In this document: positions 1-13,969 of the stretch, in pieces
How positions within the stretch are numbered: the first letter of the stretch is position 1
Layout of the letters: the number at the start of each line of letters is the position of its first letter
Assembly: GCA_951406725.2 (NCBI GenBank)
Contig: OX597830.1
Coordinates: 60,822,001-60,886,000, forward strand
DNA length: 64,000 nucleotides
Direction: 5' to 3'
Origin: Octopus vulgaris
Lineage: Eukaryota
The notes under the pieces: generated by a model
Database searches by the model: none
The model's input: the letters and a program-made list of their open reading frames with translations, nothing else
Told to the model about the DNA's origin: nothing
Translations under genes and position numbers: made by a program

Positions 1-1225
1 ATTTGTATATTATTTTACTGTCCAATTTTCTATGTTCTCATGGGTTGGATGGAATTAGTTGAAGCAGATTTTTCTGCAAACAGATGAATTCCTGGCATCA
101 AGCCTGCCTCAGCTGTTTCTAAGGTAATATTTTCCCATGACCAGACATTTCAAATATTGAAAACAGCATCACAGAAACACTTGCTTATAATTATCACAGT
201 CAAGGAAAAGATACAGGAACACTAGCACACGTGCGTACACACACTAACCAATTGTAGTTAGTGTGTACACACGCACGTGGCTGGATTCTTTTAGTTTCTG
301 TCTGCCAAACCTACTCAGGCTTTAGTCAGCCCAGAGCTATAGTAGAAAACATTTGCCCAAGGTGCCATGAAGTGGGACAGAACGCAAAACCAACACAGGC
401 CTGTCTGTGTATACACATATATGCATTAGATGTGTGTTTGCTGTGGAAATATTTCATCAGCATGTAAGAAATTTCTTTCTCTACAGATAAACAGTTAACT
501 ATTTAGGGTATTGTAAAGAAAAAAGAAAAATGAAATGTCTTAAACTATGAACTATTTTTTTTGTTTTTGTATGAAACTTTAACTTTGTCCAACCAAGAAG
601 AGGTTCTCTCCCCTTTAATAGCAAATTCATCAGAGGCAAACCGTGGTTTTTATATACAGTAATCCCCTGTTACGTTTCAAACCCCCACCCCAAGATAGGT
701 GAAAATCCGAAGTAGAAACTGTACTGTATATTATTTTTATTGTCTTGATGATTTGAATACATATATTTTATTATAAATGTAAAACAGCAGAGGAATAGAC
801 GTAAGCTTAAATAATAGGTGAACCGCAATATGGCAAGGGATTACTTTGTGTGTATGTATACACATATTCATATTTAGTGATTCAGGGGCTGAGAGTTTCA
901 TGTGCATTAACTTTTATATGTACCTATTATCCTTAATCTCTCCTGTTCATCTTGTACTTTCTCTCTCTTACCTGGGGGAGTCGTGTATTCAACTCTCCAA
1001 CAAGACAACTCTTCCCATACCTCAATCATATTTTCACTTTCAATACTTATACCACACTCAGTTGAGGGGGACTTGTCTTCGAAGTAATTAATGACCTCGC
1101 TAGTGCCCCCCTCCACTACCCCCCCCCCAAAAAAAAGCATACACTGTCCAACCATGCCACATGGAGAAAGGGATGTCAAATAATAATTATGCATACACTT
1201 GTGTATGAACATATACATATGCATA

Positions 1226-1287
<62 letters not shown>

Positions 1288-1574
1288 GTGTACAATTCAG
1301 TTCAATCAACTGAATAACTCATTCCAAATTCACACGCAAGTGGTCAACCATTCCAGACATACTCAACATAATTCTCAGGAATAATCAGCATGCTAGTGTG
1401 TGAAACAAGGTTGTGCCTTTCAAATTACTGGTACAATCCACACAATTCTGTCAATCCACTTTTACAAGATTCACATTAAACTGAAACTACAGAAAATGAC
1501 CTCTAAGATGCCAAGCACTGAATTAAAGTTAGGATTTTGTCGTTATGAAGGGAACATAACCATTTGGCCTTATG

Positions 1575-1613
<39 letters not shown>

Positions 1614-1614
1614 A

Positions 1615-1903
1615 AAACATTACGTTGTATAATTAGGGTTCAGTAAAAAAAATTTACTTTACCACACACCGAACTTTTAGAAATAGCAGCCAAAAATTTT
1701 TAGCTATTTCCTCTACTATAAGAAAAGTCTCCCAGACAATTTCCCTCTATGCCTACATGAATTATTTTTGAGTATACATTGTCTGGGAGACTTTTCTTAT
1801 AGTAGAGGAAATAGCTAAAATCTTTTGGCTGCTATTTCTAAAAGTTCGGTGTGTGGTAAAGTAAATTTTTTTACTGAACCCTAATTAAACAACGTAAGGT
1901 TTT
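1615..1903. repeat. Fold-back element in (TA)n, arms about 126 bp
   Basis: 1615-1740 is the near-perfect reverse complement of 1778-1903. Confidence 0.93.
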
Positions 1904-3322
1904 AAATATACCGTAAATGGTCTTTTTACATACTGAACACTATTTAGTAAAATTATTAATTAATAATTAATTAATTTTACCCTTTTATTATTGACTATAT
2001 ATATATATATATATACACACACACATACACATTTACATAACTACAGGCACAGCTGCATGGTTACGAAATCCACCCCCCAACTACATTTTCAATTTGGTCA
2101 AGGGTCTTGAGCAGAACAAAATATTAACTGGATTTGGTAGATGTAAACCAGAGAAAGAAGAAACCATCAGGTATGTCTTGACACCATAGAAAAGTTAACA
2201 TAAACCATCATCATCATCATCATACAACCAGTCTCTTACTTCCCAGCCACAGGGAAATAAAATATTACCTTTCTTACAAATGAGGGGGTTGGGTAACATG
2301 AGCATCAGGCTGCAAAGAATTTTGCCTCTGCATTCCGAAACATGGGTGAGTTGAGATTAAAATGACAAATGTTATATTATACATGTATATGAATATAAAT
2401 ATTACCTCCCATAAAAACAAGGGCATCCAGATCTAGAGAATTTCGTGTGATCCAAGCATAAAGAAGAACATTAAAATAATAATCACTACATAAATACATT
2501 ATACAAACATATATATAAGACCAAATATGCACAACCACCTACATACTCAAGAGGTATACTTCAGAAGTAGGATGGCACAAAATGTGACATGGATAGAGCT
2601 GGCAAATAGAATGCACTGAGAAAACCTCTACCCAATTTTTATCCACTTAATTTTATTTACAAGGCTGAGGATGACTTGAAACTTTGGTAAATGAGACATT
2701 CACAACCATCAAATATCATGTCTATGGTGCAAACAACTTTGCCACTTCAAAATGCAAATCTCATACATTATATATATATATATATATATGCTCAGGAGTG
2801 GCTGGTGTGGTATGAAGCTTGCTTCCTAACCACATGGTTTCGGGTTCAATCTCATTGCATGGCACTTTGGGTGTTGACTATAGCCTCGGGCCAACCAAAG
2901 CCTTGAATGGATTTGGTAGACGGAAACAAAGAAGCCTGTAGTGTATGTGTGTCTGTACCCTCACCCCACCATCACTTGTCAACTGATTTTCGAGTGTTTA
3001 CATCCCTTGGCAGTTTGGCAAAAGAGATTGATTGAATGAGTATCAGGCTTACAATAAGTTCTAGGGTTGATTATTTTGACTCAAGGCGGTACATCAGCAT
3101 GACCACAGTCAACTAGCTGAAACAAGTATATATATATGTGTGTGTGAATCCACAACTTTATGCATGTCTGCACAGATTTACAGAAAAATGTATATCACAT
3201 GTATCTATGCACATTCACATCTGCATTCACCTGTGAATGTACAGATGCGAATATGTGTTCACGTGTGTATATATATGCATATGTTCACATGTATGTATAT
3301 ATATGCACATTTTCACGTGTAC

Positions 3323-4768
3323 ATCATCATCATCATCGTTTAACGTCCGTTCTCCATGCTAGCATGGGTTGGACGGTTCGACCGGGGATCTGGGAAGCCA
3401 GAAGGCTGCACCAGGCTCCAGTGTTATCTGGCAATGTTTCTACAGCTGGATGCCTTTCCTAACGCCAACCACTCCGTGAGTGTAGTGGGTGCTTTTTACG
3501 TGCCACCTGCACAGGGGCCAGGCAAGGCTGGCAACGGCCACGTTCGGATTGGTGTATTTTACATGCCACCGGCACGGAAGCCAGTCGAGGCGGTGCTGGC
3601 ATCGGCCACGAGTCGGATAGTGCTTTTTACGTACCACCAGACCAGGGATCCTGGCTGGTTCAATTCGATTTCGATTTCGCTTGCCCCAACATGTCTTCGC
3701 AAGCAAAGGGGTTGGCATGGGTGCCTGTCGTCGGATGAGGTTCTATATCGACTTCGCTTGCCTCAACAGGTCTTTGTGTCCAAGGGAGGAAAGGCATGCA
3801 TAAGTGGGCTGGGCTCACTTGTCCTGCCTGGTCTTCTCACGTACAGCATATTTCCAAAGGTCTCGGTCGCTGGTCATTTCCTCAGTGAGGCCTAAAGTTC
3901 GAAGGTCGTGCTTCACCACCTCGTCCCAGGTTTTCCTGGGTCTACTTCTTCCACGGGTTCCCTCAACTGCTAGGGATTGGCACTTTCTCACACACCTATC
4001 TTCATCCATTCTCGCCACATGACCATACCAGCGCAAACGTCTCTCTTGCACACCACAACTGATGCTTCTTAGGTACAACATTTCTCTCAAGGTACTAACG
4101 CTCTGTCAAGTAAGTACACTGACATTACACATCCATCGGAGCATACTGGCTTCATTCCTCACGAGCTTACGCATGTCCTCAGCAGTCACGGCCCATGTTT
4201 CATTGCCATGTAGCATGGCTGTTCGTACACATGCATCATAGTCTGCCTTTTACTCTGAGCGAGAGGCAGCAGAGTCACCAGCAGAGGTAAGAGCTCCCTA
4301 AACTTTGCCCAGGCTATTCTTATTCTAGCAGTTACACTTTCAGCGCACCCACCCCCACTACTGACTTGGTCACCTAGATAACGGAAGCTATCAACTACTT
4401 CTAGTTTCTCCCCCTGGAAAGTGACGGAAGTTGTGACGGAAGTTGTTTTCTGCAGATTTTCGGAGGTTAATGCTCCCGAGCATCTGCCACATACAAAAAC
4501 TATCTTCCCAGTTAGCCTACCTTTGACATTGCTGCACCTCTTATGTGTCCATAGCTTACACTGGGTACATCTTATAGAGTTTCTACCTACACCTTTTCTA
4601 CAGATCGAGCAGGGCCATCTTCCTGAAGACATTTGTGGATTGTCTACCTTCCTACTTATTAGTACTTTGGTTTTAGCTAGGTTGATTCTAAGGCTCCTCG
4701 ATTCTAAACCCTCCTTCCACACCTGGAACTTCTCCTCCAGGTCTGATAGTGACTCAGCAATTAGAGCA
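3323..4768 (-). mobile_element. RTE-clade LINE, 5'-truncated (RT C-terminus, Cys/His finger, 3'UTR, (ATG)n tail)
   Basis: LRINLAKTKVL, CSICRKGVGRNSIRCTQCKLWTHKRC, FRYLG, RLRWYGHVARM, GRSRPRKTW; frameshifted. Confidence 0.92.
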
Positions 4769-5144
4769 AATAATGATAGTTAAATTTCATTTTACATTGA
4801 AGTAGCTATGTTTAATAACATTTTTAGACTTAATCTGCAGACAATTTAAGATTAACTGTATCTTGGGACTCTTTAGCAGAGTTCACTTTGTTACAAGCAT
4901 TTAGGCCAGGTTTCTAGAGTGATGGTAAATTTTGCTCTTCCAACTAGACCTTAAAAAGCCTGCATTTATGAAAACAACAATTCAATACAAGTGAGAGACA
5001 ATCTCTAGTTTTAAAGTTCATTAAAAAACAGATATATTTACCGAGTTGTCTTTCACAAGTTTCCCCATGGTTTATCTCAATGCTTGTAAGAGCCACTAAA
5101 AAATAGGATGGTCACAGTGGAAATGTTTTTGGTCATAAGTCAGC

Positions 5145-5145
<1 letters not shown>

Positions 5146-5190
<45 letters not shown>

Positions 5191-5303
5191 TGTTCACGTG
5201 TATATATATATGCACATGTTCACATGAGTATATATATATATGCACATGTTCACGTGTATATATGCACATGTTCACATGAGTATATATATATGCACATGTT
5301 CAC

Positions 5304-5346
<43 letters not shown>

Positions 5347-6000
5347 TATATTCAGGTATTTATATATGCACATATTCACGTTTATATATATGCACATTGA
5401 CATGTATATATATATGCCCATTGATGTATATATATTCACACAAGTACATATTCACATATATGCACAGATCCACATGTATAAATGCACTCACATGCACATG
5501 TATATATGCAATTCACATGCACATATTCACATACATTCACACGGACATGCGTGCATATTCACACATACACTCGCATGTATTGACATATGCACATACACGC
5601 ACATTCACATGTACAGACATTTACGCATACCTATATATGCACATATTTACATATAAAAACATACATATATATACACGTATATATTTACACACACAAGTAC
5701 ATTTTTACATGTGTATTTACACACACCAAGTACATATTTACACACCTGCACATTTACACACGTGCATATGCACATATTTACACACACACATACATATGTA
5801 TATTTACATACACATACATACACATGTACATATCTATATCTATATACATATTTATGTTTATATGCACATATTTACATATACATACACATACATGTATATA
5901 TGCACATTTACACATGCATTATATATATATATATATATGCACATTTTACACATATATAGATGTACAATGTAACGTATGCACACATATGTATAAATATACA
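5146..6000. repeat. Degenerate purine-pyrimidine (TA/CA/TG) microsatellite block
   Basis: About 850 nt of alternating RY sequence; source of spurious H/I/Y/T ORFs. Confidence 0.95.
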
Positions 6001-7945
6001 GGCATTAGTTAGTTATGTTAGTTAGTTAATTTGGCTCAAAAGCAAATAGCAAGGCCATGTAGGGGGACATGGAGTTAAGTACAGGGTGGTGTTCATGTAA
6101 AGAGTTCAGGCCACTTGAGGTCCAGGGAGGCTTTGAACACAGACATGCACTCACAAGCATAAATACACTCTTGCATTCACCTCCCATATTATCCATTGCA
6201 TCTCCCCACCACTTTTCTCACTACCCAGAACCAACTCTGTGGCTGTCCCCTCACTAGAACCACTGAATTATTTTTCCTCGTGCATTACGCCCATTTTATC
6301 ACTCCACTCCTGCAACCTACCCAAAGGTCTTCTCTCCCTCTCTTTCTTTCCTGCCACCACCGTCAACAGTGTTACCATATTGGTAGCAACCCAAACTCAG
6401 GCACCCTTCTCCCCTCAATCCCAACAGATGTCGCCAACGTTCCTTCTTCCATTTCTTCCCCTACACGCTTTTGCAAACCTCCATTCTCCCCACCCACTAC
6501 TGAACTTGCTGAGGTGCCACTCATTTTACTCTTTTAAATGTGAACAGCCATGTAGTTCCTCTACAAAAAAACTGCACTACAACCTCTTCCTCTATACCTT
6601 AAACCCTATCTAACAGGGGCAACATCTACTCGCTAAGTTCGTTGATTTGCAAGCTACGTGGTGGCACGTGGCATGAATAAGGCTCCCAAGACACACTGTA
6701 AAGTGGTCAATATAAGAAAGTGTATCCAGCCACAGAAATCATACCAAAGACACTTGTATACGATGCAGTCCTCGTCAAACCATCCAACCAATGTTCCATG
6801 AAGGCATGGAATGTGGGCATTTGATGATAACGATGATGATATAACCTGTGTGAAGACCAGAGTCGCAAGAGACTGATTCTACCAAAATAATATATCATTC
6901 ACCTCTATTATGGTACTGAATACTTCGTTGACAGCCAACACTAAACAGATTATGTATATGTGTGTGTGTAAAACTATACATATATATACACACACAATTA
7001 TATGCACATATACACTTACATAGCAATATAAATGAATATATACATGTGTAATATCACAATACATCTCTGATTATATATATAAAATACACACATACCATCA
7101 TCATTTAACATCCATCTCCATGGTGGCATGGGTTGGACAGTTAAAGTGAAGCTGGCTAACCAGATTGTGCCAGCCTTTGTCTGTTTCGGTATGGCTTCTA
7201 TGACTAGATGCCCTTCCTCTGGATGCTTTTCACATGGCACTAGCATCAATCAGGTCACCAAGTAACTCACAAGACAAAGACACCTTCGAAGGAAAGTAGA
7301 GTAGTATTGGGGGGGGGATGGGTTTGTGTCAATTGATGAGAACAGAGGGATGGGTGTCTTGCTATAGAGACTAAATGGATACTCCAGATGGAGTGAGTAG
7401 GTAGAGAATACAGAGAAAGGTTTCATTAGAATATGGAGCAGAGAGTGTGAGGCAGAATAGGTGACTAGAGCAAGTGATGGTAAAATATAGGAGTGGCTAG
7501 TGGGGGGGGGGAGGGGTTATGACAGACAGCAAGATAAGCAGGACCAGGATGGAGTGTAGCAAAGGGGAGAGAGCAAGGACTGAAGGTATAGAAAGGGAAT
7601 GATTGGTGCAAATAGCGGAGGGGGGGTGGTGAGAAATAGAAGTGGTTCCAGAGGAAGTGGGATCAAAAGAGATGTTACGAGATGGGGCAGTACCCCCAGT
7701 CCTCACACATACAAGAATACTCAAGTATTTTAAGATATCACGTCTACTGTGGTAGGTATCTTCTCCATAAGGATCAGTATACTGAGATCAGCTTTCAACA
7801 ATACTTCATCCAATATCTTCTTGGGTCTCCCTCATCTCTAAGTTCCATTCAGTGAGTGATTAGCACATCTTTATGCAACTATATCCTCGTCCATATGCAT
7901 CACATGAACTAGTGGTCTTCTCTTGCACACATATATAACGCACAC

Positions 7946-7998
<53 letters not shown>

Positions 7999-8184
7999 GC
8001 GCATGCACACAGTCAACAGCTGAGATTCAGAGATGCTCCATATAGAAAACATGTATTAGTGCTCAAATAATTTGAATTTACACTCCAAAACCTTTATTGA
8101 GGACTATGTCCACAGAACAAAGAGTGGCTACAAAAGGATTCCAAATGAGCTGATATGGAGATGATGTAAATAAACAATACTTAC

Positions 8185-8279
8185 ACGGGTGGTATTCTTT
8201 TGATATGACTCCACAAAATCAAAATAATTCAATGTGGCTGTTTCTGTGTCTGTGGCTCGTCAATGGGAGGAGAAGAAAG
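8185..8279 (-). other. Candidate 95-nt cassette (poison) exon in paralog B intron, paired with an upstream complementary arm at 8498-8620
   Basis: Branch-like CTCAC, acceptor CCCCTTAG|, donor CGT|GTAAGT, in-frame TGA; the inverted repeat covers almost exactly this interval. Confidence 0.4.
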
Positions 8280-9040
8280 CTAAGGGGTTGTACTTGTGAG
8301 TGCGTGCTTGTTCTCATGTTTGTGTGTGTCCTGCTCTGTTTTTATGTATTTATGTGTTGTGGAACATAGATATAACGAAATTATGCCAGCAATGTCTCAT
8401 TTTAAACTTGAAGAAAGCCTTGTTATTTTCAACAGAGACAATACTTTTATGAATCTCATAAAATGCGTGAGGCAGTCCCTCTTTTTCTCCATGCATGTAG
8501 CTTTCTTCGCCTCCTCCTCCCATTTCGTCAACTGACAGTTGACAAGACAGACACGTGCTTTCACGGAAACAGCCGAATTAAAGTGTTTTGACTTTGTCGA
8601 GTCATATCGAAAGAATACCATAAATTTTAAATATAGGGTAAAAATTAAATATCAATTTTTTACCAGTGGCCAGCGCGAGTAAAACTGTCCGTAGACTACA
8701 AATATTATATTATATGTGTGTATAAAAGAAATGGAAGTCCAATCCCAATAGCTTTCCGTGGTTTGGGATTCAACTCCCATTCCTAGTGTGATGGAAAACC
8801 ACTTAGTGGCTTTCATCAGTGTATAACTCTTATACACACACATATATGGGGTTATATATATACACACACACACACAGATATATATATATATATATATAAA
8901 TATAATAGGTATAAATATACAAATATTAACACATTTTCAAATATATCTATACATATATACACACACCTGTATATAAATTTAACAGGTATAAATATACAAA
9001 TATATTAATATATATTCACAAATATATCTATACATACACA

Positions 9041-9078
<38 letters not shown>

Positions 9079-10421
9079 CATACTACACTGGTGGCAAACC
9101 ATTACCAAATGCATTTTGATTTCGCAAACTGTCGTGCGATTTCATGTTCGCTTTGGAAGCCAGCTTTTGACAGAAAGATGTCGGTCGCAAAGATTGCATT
9201 TCCAACTCTTAATCTGTCTGATAGATTCACAAAACCTCTTTTTTCAAGTCCGTTTTAACTGTGCTGAACGCTAGAAATACCTTCCTTCACCAAAGACTAC
9301 CGTCCATCTCGACTATCAGACAATCTATCTTCCCAGAACTGAGCATCTTTTCAACACAAATGCACAGCTATACACATACAAATACATCATTTAGACATAT
9401 ATAAATGTATGCACACACTCGTATATACACATATTAATGCATAACCATAAATGTATATATATATATATAAACATGTATACCCATATATAAGCATATACAG
9501 GTGTGTGTGTGTATGTATTATTCATATATACATACATAGGCGAGCGTCCGTATCTATTCCTACATTTTAACGCTACGCAAATGTTGTGATCGCAACCAAT
9601 AGTGAAACTAGATTTCGATACGTTTCTGATGGCATCAAAGACTCACTGATTTCAGCAAGAAATATTTATTTAAAGCATTAATTGCATGTAATATATATGC
9701 CCAGCTTCGCATAGAAGACCTTTTCAGAATTTTCTTCTCAGAACAAAATGCGTTTTATCTGCCATCCAATACGGAAATAATATTATCGATACCCGATTGA
9801 TTTGTTAAACCTACCCACTTACGCTCTCCACTCAGGCCCCTCCCTCCCCGGCTACTTTGTTTCGTCATAACTTTTTTAAAAGTGCGTACTTTAAAATGAA
9901 ATTTTCAAACACATTTTTTGATAGGGGAGATTAGGATTATACAAATATTAATTTTTTTTTTTCCTCATTGAAATTGTTTCGGATCATTCTGTTTCTCATA
10001 AACTCTTATAATTATCTTTAAATTACATTTTTCAGAAATGTATATTCTTCAGGAGTGCAGATTAGATTAGGGTTTAATATTAAACGGTTTTGTTTGCTTT
10101 CACTTTTGTGTAATAGGAAATCAATAAGGATTTGAATTATTTCAAGTTTTGTGTCGTTTTAGGGGGGTTTTTGTTTCTTTTTTTTTATTAGAGTCAGAAT
10201 TTATATAATGCTAATTATATTTTTGTTTTTCTTTTTGTTGGGTTCTTTCTATGCCGGCAGCAAAAAAAAAGGGGCTTGCAACAAAATGAAGAAAATGCAC
10301 CTTTTGAGGAAACTTATAATTAAGGCCCTGAAAGAAGATTCATTTGTAACAATTCTTTCATTTGCACCAAAGTGATGCTGTAAACTCGAAATCGCCATAT
10401 ATCTGTGTGTGTATTTGTGTA

Positions 10422-10460
<39 letters not shown>

Positions 10461-11148
10461 GTGCATGTAATCTACATTTGTTTTAATGTGCAAATTATTC
10501 TTAGATCTTATTTCTATGTTCTCGTGATTTTAATATGATAATTATTTGCCAAATATAAGAAATATAAATCTGCTCAATAATTTTTCTACCTTTAAAATAT
10601 TTGATCAGTTTCGTGTTTAATATATGAAAATATACAAATTACACAGAAGAAAATTTCATCTAGAAAATTAAAACTTTGTCTTGTCTTGTATGAAAATGAG
10701 GAGAAAGGTTGATAAGGTCAAAAGTAGGCAATAATTTGGGAGAAAAGTGTCTTTTTCGATTTATTTTGTCACCCGTTGAATGCGATTACAAGATTAGTCG
10801 TAAGGTGTAAAGGGGTTTATTGTTGTAGCCATGGTAGGTAGGTTGGTCCTTTGGCAGGGGAGAAGGCAAACAAAAGGGTTTCGTGAGCGGAAAAGAGAAA
10901 GAATGGCGGACAAAGACGAAGAAGAAGGAAATAAATTAGGAGGGAAAAAAGAAAAAATGATCAGACACAGAAAAATCTTGTAATTTAACGACGAAAAATG
11001 GTGAAAAAAACTATGTTAGCGAATTAAGAACATATAAGAAGAGGTTTTTTAAGAAAAAACTTGTGGGATTCGTCGAAAAAAGACGTAAAAAAAGGCGAAG
11101 GTGAGAAAATGGTGAGGAGGAAGAAGAATGTATTTAAGGGTTTCATAC

Positions 11149-11386
11149 CTTTAGGGAATACGGAGATATAGACAAGGTTTCCCCATCCCTCATCTGGCGG
11201 GTGAAGACGGCCGTCGGTGAGCCGGACCCCGCGCATGCCACATGTTTCGGGGTTTCGATATTTGAGGCCGCAGGCTCCGGGGAACTGAGCGACCAGAGTG
11301 GTGAGCAGCAATGCCCCATCTTCTTCGGTCGGGACTTCGATCGGTTCGTCGTTCTCATCTTCAGCAACTTGGATGTACTGGCTCAT
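11149..11386 (-). CDS. TARDBP: TDP-43 paralog B, first coding exon (N-terminal domain, 238 nt); RRM exons not seen in the window
   Basis: [24 protein letters not shown]...[13 protein letters not shown], intact; acceptor TTCAG|G directly before the ATG; donor AAG|GTATGA at the conserved phase-1 position. Confidence 0.93.
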
Positions 11387-11480
11387 CCTGAAGAGTTTAA
11401 GCAACACAAATATATATATATATATCAAGTACTGAAGAAATTTAAGTTTAGGGGGTCTTTTTTTTGGCTATTCTTTTTAC

Positions 11481-11560
11481 CTCGGGATGTCGTTAGTTGC
11501 GATCAAAAAAGATAGAGAAACCAACGAAGACGGTCGCACGAGTGGAAATATGGCGGAATG
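11481..11560 (-). other. Non-coding 5'UTR exon of paralog B (5' boundary approximate)
   Basis: Donor GAG|GTAAAA at 11480 plus acceptor at 11388 gives a 93-nt intron; CpG-rich context. Confidence 0.65.
11547..11556 (-). promoter_or_regulatory. YY1-type element near the paralog B TSS
   Basis: CCGCCATATT matches the YY1 consensus CCGCCATNTT. Confidence 0.55.
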
Positions 11561-13078
11561 CTCTTCAACGATTCTCCTGGTCTCGCGCTACGCTGACCTG
11601 ATTTCAAAAGAAAAAATTAAATTTTCATACACATAATTATCTTACGTATACAAAATTACTTTTAAATAATCAAAACTTAACGATTAAATATATTTAAATA
11701 TAAAAACTTGACGTAATAATTATATTTACCGAAGCTGCGAGAGAAACGACGCGTTTTGATTGGTTGATTTTTCGAAATCCCGCTGTTCTTCTTTTATTTC
11801 TTCCTCCTCTCCAACGGTTTCCAGGCTGTTCAAAGGTCAACCGTCTCCCCCCCTCCTTCCTCCTCCAATGTCTCCCTAAAATACTTCGTCATTTTTCTTT
11901 TTCTAATTCCTTGCAATATTCAGATATTAAAAATAAGAATCTTTATATTTAAAATGTAGTTTTATAATAGAATCAACACTGATTTTTTTTCTAAAGATAT
12001 TTTATACTATGCTCAACCCCCTTAAATACCCGCCCTTTTTTTTCTTCCTTTACATGAAGAATTTATAAATTATGCAATTAATTAAAATTTTACTTCACAA
12101 AAATATCAGATTAATTACTCGGTTAAATATTTTATTTCATATTAATATAAGGAAATAAGCCTCAACTTTTCTCAGTTTACGCATTTAAATTTTATTCCAT
12201 AAACGCATCATCTAAAAAATGTTCTCTAAAACCGTTTTCTCTCTCAGATTCTCAAGTGCTGAGGTGAATTTTAAAATTCTAACGTCTACCGAATGACAGT
12301 TTTACCATAATTTTCGTTATGCCATGGAAAATAAAATATATTTCGAGTCTTTATATTGCGTTTAAATTAGAACATTGAGAAATATTTGATAATTTCTTTT
12401 ACACACATTTAGTACAATTTAGTGGGATTTCGTTTTAAGAGTATCTACGGCTGGAAGCAATAAGCCAGGAATTCTTGTCTGCTACTACTGATTAGAATAA
12501 TGTCAGTTGATCAACGAATCTCAACTGGGAACACCACATCAGGCTCACCTTGTCTCTATTTAGAGTGCTTCCCCGAGGTATTTTCCCTCAGCCATATTGT
12601 TGAGTCATCATACTCACCATATTACCTGTTTCAACACACATATATATACGGGAGAGAGGGAAATTATACATATATATACTGTATATTTATATACGCACAT
12701 ACATATCTGTGTGTGCGTGTAAATGTATATATATATATATATATGTATTTGTATTAAATCGTTGGACTGCGGCCATGCTGCAGCACCGGCTTGAAGGGGT
12801 TTAGTCGGCGTCATCGACCCTAGTACTTATTTATTTATTTTTTAAGCCTGCAACTTATTATATTAGTCTTTCGGCCGAAACACTAGATTAAGTTACAGGG
12901 ACGTAAACACACCAACACCTGTTGTTAGGCGGTAAGGTGGGGGACAAACACAGACAAAAAGACATACAAAGACACATGCAGATGTATATATACATATATG
13001 TATATTTATATATGTGTGTGTGCGTTTCTTTATATATATATATATACATACATGTATATATCTGTATATGTATACAGA

Positions 13079-13129
<51 letters not shown>

Positions 13130-13204
13130 TATGGGAGTTTCTTATACATGGATATTATTATAATCCCTTACAAAACTGTTTTTCGAAATTTTAAGCTCAA
13201 AAAT

Positions 13205-13247
<43 letters not shown>

Positions 13248-13465
13248 TCATTACTCTTTTACTTGTTTCACTCTTTTGACTGTGGCCATGCTGGAGCACC
13301 GCCTTTGGTCGAGCAAATTAAACCCCAGGACTTATTCTTTGTAAGCCGAGTACTCATTCTATCGGTATCTTTTGCCGAACCGCTAAGTTACGGGGACGTA
13401 AACACACCAGCTTCGGTTGTCAAGCGATGTTGGGCAGGGGGGAGACAAACACATACATACATATG

Positions 13466-13533
<68 letters not shown>

Positions 13534-13607
13534 CATACATATATACGACGGGCTTCTTTCAGTTTCCGTCTACAAAATCCACTCACAAGGCTTTGGTCGA
13601 CCCGAGG

Positions 13608-13649
<42 letters not shown>

Positions 13650-13667
13650 GTGTGTATTTATGTGTGT

Positions 13668-13708
<41 letters not shown>

Positions 13709-13792
13709 TAAATATAAAGGGTAGCAAAAAAATTCTCCCCTACCAGCGGTCTAGTGAGAAAGAAAAGATAGTCAAAGACTATATAATATACA

Positions 13793-13969
13793 TTCAACAA
13801 TATAAGGAATGGCCTTGATAGGCCATTCGACTCACTAGAAAGAGCAACCAAACTCAAACCGCTAAATAGTTGTAATTCTGAAATTGGAAGAGAAATAAAA
13901 ACATTTGAGTTTGGCTGCTCTTTCTAGTGAGTCGAATGGCCTATCAGGGCCATTTTTTATATTGTTGAA
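13793..13969. repeat. Fold-back element in (TA)n, arms about 65 bp
   Basis: ttcaacaatata...ccaaactcaaa / tttgagtttgg...tatattgttgaa. Confidence 0.9.

Noticed and set aside
5240-6012. Long H/I/Y/T/C-rich ORFs (also at 12.9-13.7, 38.4-39.0 and 50.1-50.5 kb)
   Set aside because: Translations of (TA)n/(CA)n microsatellites.
11387-11428. 14-aa N-terminal extension in the ORF track
   Set aside because: Lies in the 93-nt 5'UTR intron and starts at a non-ATG codon; the conserved ATG is at 11386.
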